A program made the translations under genes and the position numbers. A DNA stretch of 64,000 nt from a virus, in IMG/VR virus record IMGVR_UViG_3300037486_000467, positions 19,641 to 83,640 of that record. One strand, written 5' to 3'. The notes below the pieces were generated by a model, which saw only the letters and a program-made list of their open reading frames with translations, was not told the DNA's origin and searched no databases. Positions 28,845 through 41,000 of this stretch are shown piece after piece. Within the stretch, counting starts at the first letter, position 1. Every line of letters starts with the position of its first letter.

Positions 28845-30748
28845 AAAAAATATTAATTATATTAATTTTTCTTTTATCAGCGTTAAATAGCGCTGATGCT
28901 GCTCCTAAGCCTACTATAAAAACTTATTATATTGCTACTAATGGAAGCGATATTACAGGAGTAGGCACAACTAGAAAACCGTGGAAAACATTATCATATG
29001 CATGTACACAAGTAACTGCCCAGGGAAGTATTATTAAGTTTAAAGGAGGAAATTATATTGAAACTATCCCTTCTATAGTAGCTCCAAGAGTAAATATTGA
29101 CGCCGGAGGCGCTACTATTACATCTAATGTTCTAAATTCACCCACAATCATCCTGATGTCTTCAGAAGGAACAAATGGAAGCCAATATATAGCCAATTTA
29201 ATAATGAATGGAGATGCTCTTAAAGCACACAGTGCTATTCTTGTGTCAGGAAGAAGTAATGTTAGCATTCACCATAGTGTATTTAGAGATTTTAGAGTAT
29301 CGGGCGTAATATTCAATGGAGGCACAGATACAACAGATACAAAGTCAAGAATTATGTTTGGACGCGATACTATTCCGCTAGCTCCAACAAAATATGCAAC
29401 AGGTAATCAATTTCTTAGAAACGAAATTGATAATTGCGCAATTTTCTATCCATCTAATAGGGCAAAGGGCGCATTAATGATAGGTGGTCAAGATGGAATG
29501 CAAATATTAGATAATACAATTATTCAAGATTCAAGAGAAGTAGGAACAAATGGCTATCCTATAAAATATTATCGAGGAGGACATAATAATAATATTATAG
29601 TTGCCAGAAACATATTAATAAGATCTCCTCAAATATTATTGAGAGATGAATTTTTCTTGGGATGCGCCATAGAACTTTGGCATTCAAATAATATTACAAT
29701 ATCTGAAAATAGATTGGTTGGAGGAATATCCTTAACATATCTTAATGGTGCACAAATACATCACAATACAATTTCTTTTGATGCATTAGATGAATATCCT
29801 AAAACAGGAATTCATATTTCTGGAGATGCAAACAATATTACTATAAATAATAATTATTTTAAAAATCTTGCTCTACAAATTGATATTATTGCTTTTTCTA
29901 AAACTACTTTAGATAATATCAAAATTCATACTAATATAATGTATAATATTGGTGTATCTACTAATGAGTGGTGGGGAGAAGGAATTAGAATAGGTGGCTT
30001 AACAGCAGATACAGTTACGAATATTAATATTATAAGTAATACTATAATAGCAAATCCCGAAGATAGAAATACAAGAATAGGACTTTATTTACCTACAACC
30101 GGTTATGCAACAGATATTAATATTCAAAATAACATTATAACAGGATTTAGATATGCATCTATATTTGCCGCTGGGCCTCAAGCCATTATTAATAAAATTT
30201 CTATAGAAAATAATTTACTATGGGATAATATTCAAACTGGCAAAAGCTATGCAATAAATGATAATCCATATTTTACAAACATTAAAGATCCTTTAAATTT
30301 AAGTTATAAAAACAATATTATTTTTAGTCCTTTGTTTGTATCGGAAATAGATTTTCATTTGCAGGATTCTTCTCCAGCAGTATCAGCAGGAATTTACGTT
30401 CCATGGATAACACTTGATTATGATGATATAAGCGTAGGCAATCCGCCAAATATTGGAGCTTATTCAAGTATTAGTCTTAAATCACGACTTTTAGAAGATG
30501 AATATCATTTAATAGTATATCCAGTTCCTACAACTAATTATTTAACAGTATCTGTAAATGATCCCAGTTTTGAGCCTAATCGTATTACAATATATGATAT
30601 CAATGGTAAAACTGTATATTCGCAACGCATATACGAAAATTATATACACATATATCCTTTAAATCTTTTTCCAGGTGTTTATATTGTAAAAGTAGAGGGT
30701 TCACTTAATAAGATACTTGCGGAAAAAATAATAGTAGGAGTTAAATAA
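28838..30748 (+). CDS. Secreted right-handed beta-helix protein with T9SS type A C-terminal sorting domain
   Basis: Signal peptide; YYIATNGSD..G.GT..KPWKTL; parallel beta-helix repeats; DFHLQ.SSPA..AG..P.IGAY; VYPVPT...IYDINGK.V...L.PGVYIVKV...KII. Confidence 0.85.
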   Translation: MLKKILIILIFLLSALNSADAAPKPTIKTYYIATNGSDITGVGTTRKPWKTLSYACTQVTAQGSIIKFKGGNYIETIPSIVAPRVNIDAGGATITSNVLNSPTIILMSSEGTNGSQYIANLIMNGDALKAHSAILVSGRSNVSIHHSVFRDFRVSGVIFNGGTDTTDTKSRIMFGRDTIPLAPTKYATGNQFLRNEIDNCAIFYPSNRAKGALMIGGQDGMQILDNTIIQDSREVGTNGYPIKYYRGGHNNNIIVARNILIRSPQILLRDEFFLGCAIELWHSNNITISENRLVGGISLTYLNGAQIHHNTISFDALDEYPKTGIHISGDANNITINNNYFKNLALQIDIIAFSKTTLDNIKIHTNIMYNIGVSTNEWWGEGIRIGGLTADTVTNINIISNTIIANPEDRNTRIGLYLPTTGYATDINIQNNIITGFRYASIFAAGPQAIINKISIENNLLWDNIQTGKSYAINDNPYFTNIKDPLNLSYKNNIIFSPLFVSEIDFHLQDSSPAVSAGIYVPWITLDYDDISVGNPPNIGAYSSISLKSRLLEDEYHLIVYPVPTTNYLTVSVNDPSFEPNRITIYDINGKTVYSQRIYENYIHIYPLNLFPGVYIVKVEGSLNKILAEKIIVGVK

Positions 30749-31595
30749 CAGTATCATTTTTTACTTTTATTTCTTTTCCATTTTTAAGCCACGGAACTTC
30801 AAATTTATGTATTTTTACATCTAATTTTCTAACGTATACATTATTATCAGGAACATTGAATAGCATAATTGCGTTTTCACCTTCTTTCCAATTTTCCCAA
30901 CGTTCTACTGCTACATCAATTAATGATTTCGGAAAATGATCTTTTGCGCTCCAATTTTCCAACTTTTTACGAATATCTCTTCTAATCCATGCACCGTGTC
31001 CCATCCTGATCACTTCATCTGGAAAGAGGTATGTTCCTATATTCATTGGATTAAATATACGTCGAGTGGGATCTGTGGGTCCTGGAGCTGGTCCATTAAA
31101 GGTATATGTAAAGTAAGTTGAACATATGCCAGGAACAAATGGTCTAAATGGATATACTAAATAATGTTCAAAATCTCTGTAATAATTAACATAACTCCAA
31201 TAAGTAATTGGCCAACCTTTTTCATTGATTTGTTTTTTTGCTTCTCTAAATTGATCTTTATCGTAAAATTCATCTGCATCAATATTTAATATATGAGAGT
31301 AGCCCTTTTCTCTCATTGAATTTATTCCTAAGTTTCTTTTAACAGTTTCTTGTTCTCTATGTGGTTTTGAAAAATCTGGAACAAACTCTATTAATTCATC
31401 AACTAAACCCTTAGATTTTAGATTATTTAATTCTTCCATATCTTTAGGATCCATTGAATTTCCACAATATGATTTTTTCTGATAAACTGCCGCAACATAA
31501 TCTACCTGATCTTTAATTTCAGTTATTAACGCATCAAGTAATTCTGAAGCATCGAAGCTGTTTATCGTGAGAGCTAATTTTTTTATTTTTCCCAT
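30741..31595 (-). CDS. Glycosyltransferase, GT-A/GT2-like
   Basis: ET.KRN.G, ILNIDADEFY DxD motif, late M.H.W.R motif. Confidence 0.75.
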   Translation of the reverse strand: MGKIKKLALTINSFDASELLDALITEIKDQVDYVAAVYQKKSYCGNSMDPKDMEELNNLKSKGLVDELIEFVPDFSKPHREQETVKRNLGINSMREKGYSHILNIDADEFYDKDQFREAKKQINEKGWPITYWSYVNYYRDFEHYLVYPFRPFVPGICSTYFTYTFNGPAPGPTDPTRRIFNPMNIGTYLFPDEVIRMGHGAWIRRDIRKKLENWSAKDHFPKSLIDVAVERWENWKEGENAIMLFNVPDNNVYVRKLDVKIHKFEVPWLKNGKEIKVKNDTVI

Positions 31596-31609
31596 TAGTT
31601 ATTATTAAT

Positions 31610-31846
31610 TTAATATGATTTATTTTTTTTATTGCTTAAAAATTTTAAAGTTTGTTTATCTTTTTTTCTTCTTTCTTTCTCTTCGTTTTTTATTGTTTTT
31701 CGAAATCTTATTAAAGCGATAATTACTAAAACAAGAAACATAGTCATCCCTAATATAAAAAAATATAAGAGATGATTCTCTAACCAATTATGTTGCACAT
31801 GGTTAGTAAAAAATTCTTTTATTATATTCCATATTTTTTCAAACAT
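31610..31846 (-). CDS. Small membrane protein
   Basis: One TM helix and basic tail. Confidence 0.5.
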   Translation of the reverse strand: MFEKIWNIIKEFFTNHVQHNWLENHLLYFFILGMTMFLVLVIIALIRFRKTIKNEEKERRKKDKQTLKFLSNKKNKSY

Positions 31847-31848
31847 TT

Positions 31849-32007
31849 TTATCTATAAAGTTTAGTATAACAATCATAACAAAGTTGTCCAACTCCTTCA
31901 ATATAATAATTTCTTAAATCAAGATGCAAATCTTTTGAATATCGTGTTTCTTTTCCACAAGAAACACATTTATCTTTTTCGATTATCTTTTTATTTTCTT
32001 TTTTCAC
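31849..32007 (-). CDS. Small zinc-binding protein, 52 aa (not in ORF track)
   Basis: GTG start; KDKCVSCGKET...R.YYIEGVGQLCYDC; upstream AAAACC-N16-ATATAA motif. Confidence 0.7.
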   Translation of the reverse strand: MKKENKKIIEKDKCVSCGKETRYSKDLHLDLRNYYIEGVGQLCYDCYTKLYR

Positions 32008-32086
32008 CTTGTATAATAAGTATATTTTTTATTTATTATATTAACATAATTATACGAGGTTTTAAGAAATTGTTAAAAGATTATAA

Positions 32087-35000
32087 TTATTTGCCAAAAG
32101 TTATTGTTCCATTATCAGTTCCAAAAAAGCGAAATTGAAATGTTCCCTGAGGTAATCCGGTTATAGGCGCAAGTTGTTCATCAGGTTTTCCAGCATTTAA
32201 TTTAGTAAAGGCTTCAGCAGCAGTAGCAAGTTGAGTTGTAGCTGCTGATAATTTAACTAAATTAGCATCTAAAGAATTATATCCTCCAGCAGGACCGCCA
32301 GAAGAAGGCATATTTTTGAAAGCGCCCGAATTGACTAATTTTTCAAGATTTTTAACATCTAATGCTCCCATATTACTAACTAATAATCCTAAATTAGTAG
32401 CAAGATCCCCTAAACTCTTAGATAATTTATCTACTCCGGATAAATTAGTTGAAAAACTGTTAAGTTTTGAAATTACATCGTCAAAACTCTTTAAATTTTG
32501 ATCAATTGTTTTTCTTTTAGCTTTATCTGTTTCGCCGCCGCTTGCTAAATCTACAGAAAACGCTTTATTAATTTCTGTCATAAACATAGATATGCCATTA
32601 GTCAGGCCTTTTACTATTTTATCAATTGGTTTATGAGTTATTTTTCCATTTTCGTCAGTTACTGGAAATCCTGCTGAAGTAATGTCTGCGTATTGCCCTA
32701 ATACTTCTGCAAATTTTAAAATAGGCTCTATTAATCCAGGCTTATCTTGTTTCCACGGCAACTTAAATTTTCCAAATAATCTTGGCGCTTGTTGTCCTAA
32801 AAGAAGTTGCGCTATATTTACAGTAGTATCATTAGATAAAGTTTCTAATGTAGATTGTTGATTTTTAAATTCAGTAAAAAATAATGACAGCGCTTTAACT
32901 ATATGTTCTGCAACAGTTTTTGGAGAAATAGAAGTTCCCTTCTTTATCTTTCCTTTTTCATCAACATCATAAACAGGAATTTTATCTTTTTCTGCAAATA
33001 AAGAAAGCAAATTAGCAAATTTAGTTAATGCGTCTATTATTCCTGGTTTTTCTGCTATACGTATTCCTAAAAATTTACGTGCACTAGTTCCTAACAATAT
33101 TTGAGAAATTTCTCCTATTTTTTTATCAGAAGGTATAACTGCAGTGTTTTTAAACAATGTTGTTAATGTAGTAAAGAATGAAGAAAGCGCAGTAACTATT
33201 TTAGTTGCAGCTCCTATCGGAGAAGCATAGCCTGCTACTTTTGTATTTCCGTTTGCATCTACACCTTCAAAAATAGGTATACTTTGAATCTTTGAAAATT
33301 TTGTAAGTAAATCTGCAAATTTAGATAATGCATCAATTATTCCTGGCTTATCATTTAATTTCCCTTTTCTAACTAAACGCTGTGAAATCTTACTTCCTAA
33401 TAATGATTGCGCAATTCTTTCTACGTTTTCAGTATCAGGCGTATATATTTTAGTAGTTAATTCTCGGAAGAAACCAGAAATTGAATTAGCTATAGTAGTC
33501 GCTATAGTAGCAGGATCTGTATAACTTATTATCTTTGGCTTTCCTTTATCATCAACTTCATAAACTGGCATTTGATTAATTTTTCCATACATTGAAATCA
33601 TTTTTGCAAATTGAGATAATGCATCGACTAATCCTGGATCATCTGGCACGCCTTTTCTAATTAAACGTCTAGATATTTCAGTTCCCAATAATGCATGAGT
33701 AATATTTATTATCTCATAATTAGATGGAATCTTTATACCTTTTAATCCTTGAAAGAATTTAGAAATTGCTGATGTGATATTAAGCGCTATTTTTTCGGGC
33801 TCAACATATTGTTTTATTTTTGTTTTTCCTTCAGCATTAATATCATAAACAGGAATTACAGTAGCTTTAGAAAATGTAGAGAGTAAATCTGCAAATTGAG
33901 ATAATGCATCGACTAATCCTGGATCATCTGGCACACCTTTTCTAATTAAACGTCTAGATATTTTAGTGCCTAATAATGCGTGTGTAATATTTGTTATTTC
34001 AGAATTAGAAGGTAACGCTATGCTTGTTAATCCTGTAAAGAACTTAGAAACAGAATTGCTTATATTTTTTGCAATATCTACGGTGCTAATGTAACTTTTT
34101 ACTACAGGCTTTCCATCTTCTATATTATAAACCGGAAGGTGATCAGCTTTATTAAATATAGAAAGTAGATCTGCAAATTTAGTTAATGCATCAATTAAAC
34201 CAGGATATTCTACTGTTTTTGTTGTACGCATTCCTAAAAATCTTGGACCTTTAACTCCTAATAATGCTTGAGTAATTACCCATATATCATCCATCGAAGT
34301 TAACTTACTTCTTATACCAGATAAACCAGTAAAGAACGATGAAATTGTTGTAGCTATATTAGTTGCTACTGTTCCAGGATCTACATATCCAGATACTTTA
34401 ATATTTCCTTTATCATCAACTGCATAAACAGGAATTTGATTTACTTTTGAAAAGATAGTAAGCATCTCTGCAAATTTAGTTAATGCGTCTATTATTCCGG
34501 GAGTTCCAGTTGAATATACTCTTATTCCCAATAATTTGGGGCCAGCATTACCCATTAATAATTGAGATATAACTGCCATTTTTGCTGCTGAAGGCATAAC
34601 TGTGTTCTTTTCTCCAAATGTTTCTATTAATGATGAAAAGAATGAAGAAACTGTACCAGCTATTGTGCCAGCTATGTATGCAGGAGTAACATATTCAGTT
34701 ATTTTAGCTTCACCATCTACAATTTCGTAAATTGGAAGTTGATTTATTTTTGAATATACAGTAATTAATTCAGTAAATTTAGTTAATGCATCTATTATTC
34801 CTGGAGTTCCAGACGAATGTAACTTTATTCCTAATAGTTTGGGGCCAGCATTACCCATCAATAATTGAGAAACTGCTGCCATTTTTACTGCTGAAGGAAT
34901 TATTTCAGGATTTTTGAATGTTTCAATAAGAGTAGTAAAAAATGATCCTATTGATTTAGCTATATTTGTTCCTGCTGATACAACATCTATTTCTGGGCCA

Positions 35001-38000
35001 AATATGGGATTTCCTTTTGCATCATGTCCAGTAATAGTTTTTACTACACCTGCTTTTGTAAAAGCTTTTAAAGATGTAGCAAACAATATAAGAGCTAAAG
35101 AAACTCCTCCTAGTAATCCTATTGATGCTATTAATATGTCTACATTTTTAATAACTTTTCCAACTTTTCCAAAAAATCCTTCTGGCCTATCTCCCTTTTC
35201 TCCTAATACTCCTATGCTTATTCCACTTATAATACCTTGTAATACACCGCTTAGCAATAATGATATGTTTTCAGTCATAGTATTTACACCATCTTTTCCA
35301 CCCATCTTATTAATGATAGCGCCTATTCCCATTGATACTAGTGCAAATGCGCCAAGAGAGAATGACATTGCAATAAGAACCAATGCGCCTTTTGCTATAG
35401 GTATTGCAGCTAAGCCTAAAGCAGCTAATGTTAATCCTAATAATGCTATTCCTTTGGCTGTTGTTAAAAGCATTTTACCAACGTCAATTTTAAAAACTTT
35501 ATCCAATAATGCATACGTACTACCTAATGCTAATAATCCTCCAGTTAACCATAGTATTCCTTTAGCCATTGGTTTAGCTACTAATGCCCCTAAGAATAAA
35601 GGTATACTAATGATTCCCAATCCAGCAAACAATAGGCCCATTAGCCCAATTGCGCCCATCGAAATTAGCAAAGCTTGTCTGGTTTTTTCTGGACTTCCAG
35701 TCATTATGTTCATTAGCGTATATGATCCTATCATCGCTAGTAAGCCTATTGCTACAATTCCTATTCCTACGCCCATCATTGCTATAGCAGCACTACCTAG
35801 AGCTATTGGTACAGCTAACATACCTATCATAGCAAATCCTCCTGCTAATATTGCAAGAGAACCTACGATAGTTCCCATAACTTGTCTAGGTTCAACTTTA
35901 AATATAGCTGATGCTACATATATTGTAGTGACTAATATAGCTATTGATCCAGCAAATGCTAACATTACTTTAGCAATGCCACTTAATACTTTGCCAATTC
36001 CTATAAAAGCTACTCCTACCGCTGCTATTACTGTTGCACCTGCTAAAAGCACGGGAGCTGCAACGCCTGCTGCCCCAACTACTCCAAGTAAAGCAGTCAA
36101 TCCTACAGTTGTAGCTGTTAATAATCCAGTTGAAGATACTATTCCAAATCTTAATACGCCTTTGGCTAATTTGGGCAATGCTTCTCCAAGAGCAACTAAT
36201 AATCCAGCAGTAATCATTACTTCTGGAGATAATTTAGATAGTTTAGCCAGTCTATCCATAAAGTCTATTATGGAATTTTTAAATGCAGTTGGAATTACTC
36301 CAAAGAATATTAATCCCTTAGATAATTTAGGTAATGCATCTGCAATAATTCCCATAGATTCTGCAACAATTTTTGCAGTTAGTGTAGCAATTTTTCCCTC
36401 ATGTTTAGATAAATCATACAACTTTTTAATAAATGACAATAAAGATGTTTTAAATGCTCCCGGAATTAATCCAAATTTTATGAGTCCACTACTTAATTTA
36501 GGCAACGCTGTAGCAATAATTCCCATAGATTCAGCAGCTATTTTTGATGCATCAGAAGATTTTTTGCCTTTATATTCAGATAAAGATATTAATTCTCTAA
36601 TAAATGATATTAAAGATGTTTTAAATACTTTAGGAATTAATCCAAATTTTAAAACTCCTCCTGCTAAATTTGGTAATACATTTACAATAATGCCCATTGA
36701 TTCGGCTGCTATTTTTGCAGCCTCATTAGATTTTTTGCCTTTATAAGTAGATAAAGATAGTAATTCTTTAATAAATGATATTAGCAATGTTTTAAACATT
36801 TTGGGAATTAACCCAAATTTTATGAGTCCAGCTCCTAAATTTGGTAATGCTCCAGCTATAATACCCATTCCTTCGGCAGCAGTTCTTGCTGCTTTTCCTG
36901 CATCTTTTCCTTTGTGTTCAGATAATGATAATAAATCTTTTACAAAAGTTATTAGTGATGTTTTAAATCCTTTTGGAATTAATCCAAATTTTAAAAGTCC
37001 TCCAGAAAGAGGCCCTAATACTGAAGATAGATTTTTAATTGCTTCAGACGTATCAGTTAAACTTGTTGTAGTTTTTTTATCTACTGAAATAGATTCTACA
37101 TTAGCATTTAGAGCTTTTAAAGATTTTCCAATTAAAGATAATTTCTTTAAATCTTTTGTTACGTCAAAATCTTTAAGTTCAGTGCTAAATTTATTTAAAG
37201 TTTTTATAATAGTAGATAAATTGATAGATAGTTGTTTAGTAGCATCAGTTATATCGACGTCTTTAATAGTAGATAACTCTGTCAAACTCTTTGCAAAATT
37301 AGTAATAGATTTTACAGTTTCTTCGGGAATAGAATCTACACCAGAAATTTGATTTACTAATTTAGATACAGAATCTCCAATTATCGCTAAAGTTTTTTCT
37401 AATTCTTTGGCTGCATCAGCAGATTTTAATTTTCCGGAAGATAAGTTAAATAATTCTTTAATAAATTCAGAAATTTGTTTTGGCTTTTCAGCAGCTATAT
37501 TAAATTCAGATATCTTTGTAAAGAATTTTGATAAAGAATCACCAACTTCATTTATAGATTCTACTGTGGTTTTGGTAGTTTCTATAAATTTTGTATCTTT
37601 AAATATGGGTAATGAAAATAAATCTTGAATGAAACTATTTAAAGATTTTTTGGTTTTATCTGAAATTGAGTCAAATGAAGATAATTTTGTAAAAAATTCT
37701 GATAAAGAAGAGCCCATTACAGTTATAGATTGTATCATTTCTGTTGGAACTGATTTAATTCCAGAAATAACATCTATTAATTTTGTAATAGAAGTTCCTA
37801 TAATTATTAAACTTTTATCTATTTCATTTGCAATTTCAGTTGATTTATTTTTTGTAAATGAAGATAGAGAAAACAATTCTTTAATAAATTCAGATATCTT
37901 TTTTGATTTATCAGCAATTATTTCTACACTATTTATTTTTGTAAAAAAGCCTGATAGAGAATCTCCAACAACATTCATAGATTCTAATGTAGTTTTAGCA

Positions 38001-41000
38001 GTTTCTATAAGTTTCGTATCTTTAAATATAGATAATGAGAAAAACTCGTTAATGAAATCAGAAATTTGTTTTTTAGATTTGTCAGAAACACTAAACGTAG
38101 ATATCTTTCCAAAAAACTCTGATAAATAATTACCAATTATTGCTACAGATTCTCCAGTTGCTTTAACTACTTCTGCGAATTTTACATCTTTGAATATAGA
38201 TAATGAAAAGAAATCTTGTATAAAATTCTTTAACGATTCTTTAGATTTATCAGAGATAAGTTCAAACTTTTTAATAGTTTGCAGTAATGATGGAAATGAA
38301 TCTCCTATTACTTTTAATGTTTCTGATAAATTTTTTGCATTATCAATAGTTTTAGTATCTTGGAATACAGATAAAATATTTTGTATAAATTGTTTGATTG
38401 ACTTTCCTGATTTAGAAATAGCTTCAAATTTAGCAGTTTGGCCAGAAAATGATATTAATGAGTTTCCAATTATAGATAAAGATTTTTCTAATTGTTTAGC
38501 ACTATCAACTGACTTAAGATTATTAAATAAAGATGAAAATAAACTTTCAATAAAATTTATAGTAGATGTTGCAGAAGTATAAATATTTTCTGGAACAACA
38601 CCAATCTTTAATAATTTTCCTGTAAATGTAGATAACATATTTACTATAATAGATAAATTTTTATCTAAATCTTTTACACTACCAAGAGATTTAACATCTT
38701 TGAATATAGATAACGAAAATAAATCTTGTACAAAGGCTGCCGTAGATTTAGCAGATTTATATATTGCATCAGGTATTACTTTAAATTTTCCTAATTTTTC
38801 TGTAAATGCCGATAACATATTTACTATAATAGATAAATTTTTATCTAAATCTTTTACATCATCAAAAGATTTAATATTATCAAATAAAGATAATGAAAAT
38901 AAATCTTGTATAAAATCTACTGTAGTTTTAGCAGATCTATAAACTGGTTCGGGTATTATTTTAAATTTTCCTAATTTTTCTGTAAATGCAGATAATGTAT
39001 ATCCTATAATAGATAAAGATTTTTCTAATTGTTTTATGTTATCAAGAGATTTAATATTATTGAATATAGATAATGAAAATAAATCTTGTATAAAATCTAC
39101 TGTAGTTTTAGCAGATCTATAAACATTTTCTGGAATTGCGCCAATTTTTGGTAATTTTTCTGTAAATGACAATAAAGAATTAACTATGATATATAATGAT
39201 TTATCTAATTCTTTTAAAAGATTCGGAGATTTAAATTTATCAAACAAAGATAAAGAAAATATATCTTGCATAAAATTAAGAGCAGTTTTTGCAGAAGAGT
39301 ATATATTTTCAGGAACTGAACCTATTTTGGCTAATTTTCCAGTAAATGTTAATAACGAATCTATTATAATCAATAGAGATTTTTCAAATTCTTTTAAAGT
39401 ATTAATAGATTTAATATTATTAAATAGAGATAATGAAAATAAATCTTGTATAAAATCTACTGTAGTTTTAGCAGATGCATATGTGTATTCTGGTATTGCA
39501 TTTAATTTCATCAATTTTCCTGTAAATGTCAATAGCAAATCACCCACAATTGATAATGATTTATCTAATTGTTTTATTATATCTGCTGATTTAAATTTAT
39601 CGAATAATGATAATGAGAATATATCTTCTATAAAATTCAGTGTGGTTTTTGCAGAAGCGTAAATATTGTCAGATATGTTACCTATTTTTGGTAATTTTCC
39701 TGTAAAAGATATTAACGAATCTACTATAGTTGATAATGATTTATCTAATTGCTTTATTGTATTAATAGATGTAGTTTTGTCAAACATAGATAGAGAAAAT
39801 AAATCTTGAATAAAATCTACTGTAGTTTTTGCAGATTTGTAAACATTTTCGGGTATAATATTTAATTTTATTAATTTATTAGTAAATACTGAAATTGAAT
39901 CTATAATAACAGACAATGATTTATCTAATTGTTTTATTATATCTACTGATTTAAATTTATCAAATAAAGATAATGAAAAAATGTCTTGTATAAAATTTAA
40001 TATAGTTTTTGCTGAAGCATAAATACCTTCTGGAATTGAACCAATTTTAGATATTTTTCCGGTAAATGATGTCAATATATTTAATATAGCAAACAACGAT
40101 TTATCTGTCTGCTTTATATTATCAATTGATTTATTAGTATTAAACATAGACATAGAAAATAAATCTTCTATGAAATTTGCAGTAGTTTTTACAGCTTTAT
40201 ATGTTATAGCAGGCAATATATCAAATTTTGCTATTCTTTCAGTAAATTGTAATAAAGTATCTGTAATTATATTTAATTCTTTAGATAAATTTTTTGGAGT
40301 TACGCCTAGCTTTTCATTTTTAAATAGAGATAGAGAGAATAAATCTTGAATAAACCCAACAACAGTTTTTGCAGAATTAAAGACTGCTTCTGGTACTAAA
40401 TCAATTTGAGTTAGATTTTTAGCAAATAATAATAATGAATCACTAATAATGAATAATGATTTATTTAGTTGTTTGGCATCATTTAATTTAATATTTTTAA
40501 ATATTGACAATGTAAATAAAGATTCAATAAAATCTATTGTAGTTTTCGCAGATTTATAAATATCTGGAGAAATTGAACTAAATGATGATAATTTTTCAGT
40601 CAATTGAAATAATACATTTCCAAGTTCATCAAAAGCGCTTGATATTTTTTTTGCAACTTCGATAATATTTTTATCTTTAAATAATGATAAAGAAAAAAGT
40701 TCTTTTATGAAATCTGTTGTAGTTTTTTTAATATTTTTTGTTGTTAATTCAAATTCAACTAACTTTTTAGCAAATGTAGGTAATGAATCGCCTACAATAA
40801 GTAAAGAACTCTCTAATTGTTTAGCTGCAGTAATAGAACTTGCTTTATCAAAAATTGATAGAGAAAATAAATTTTGAATAAAATCTATAAAAGAAACTTT
40901 GGCCTTATTGGGAATAGAATCTATTATCGTTATTCCATTAGTTAATTTAGATAATGAATTACCTATAATTTCTATCGCTTCTGCTGTAGTTTTTGCTGCT

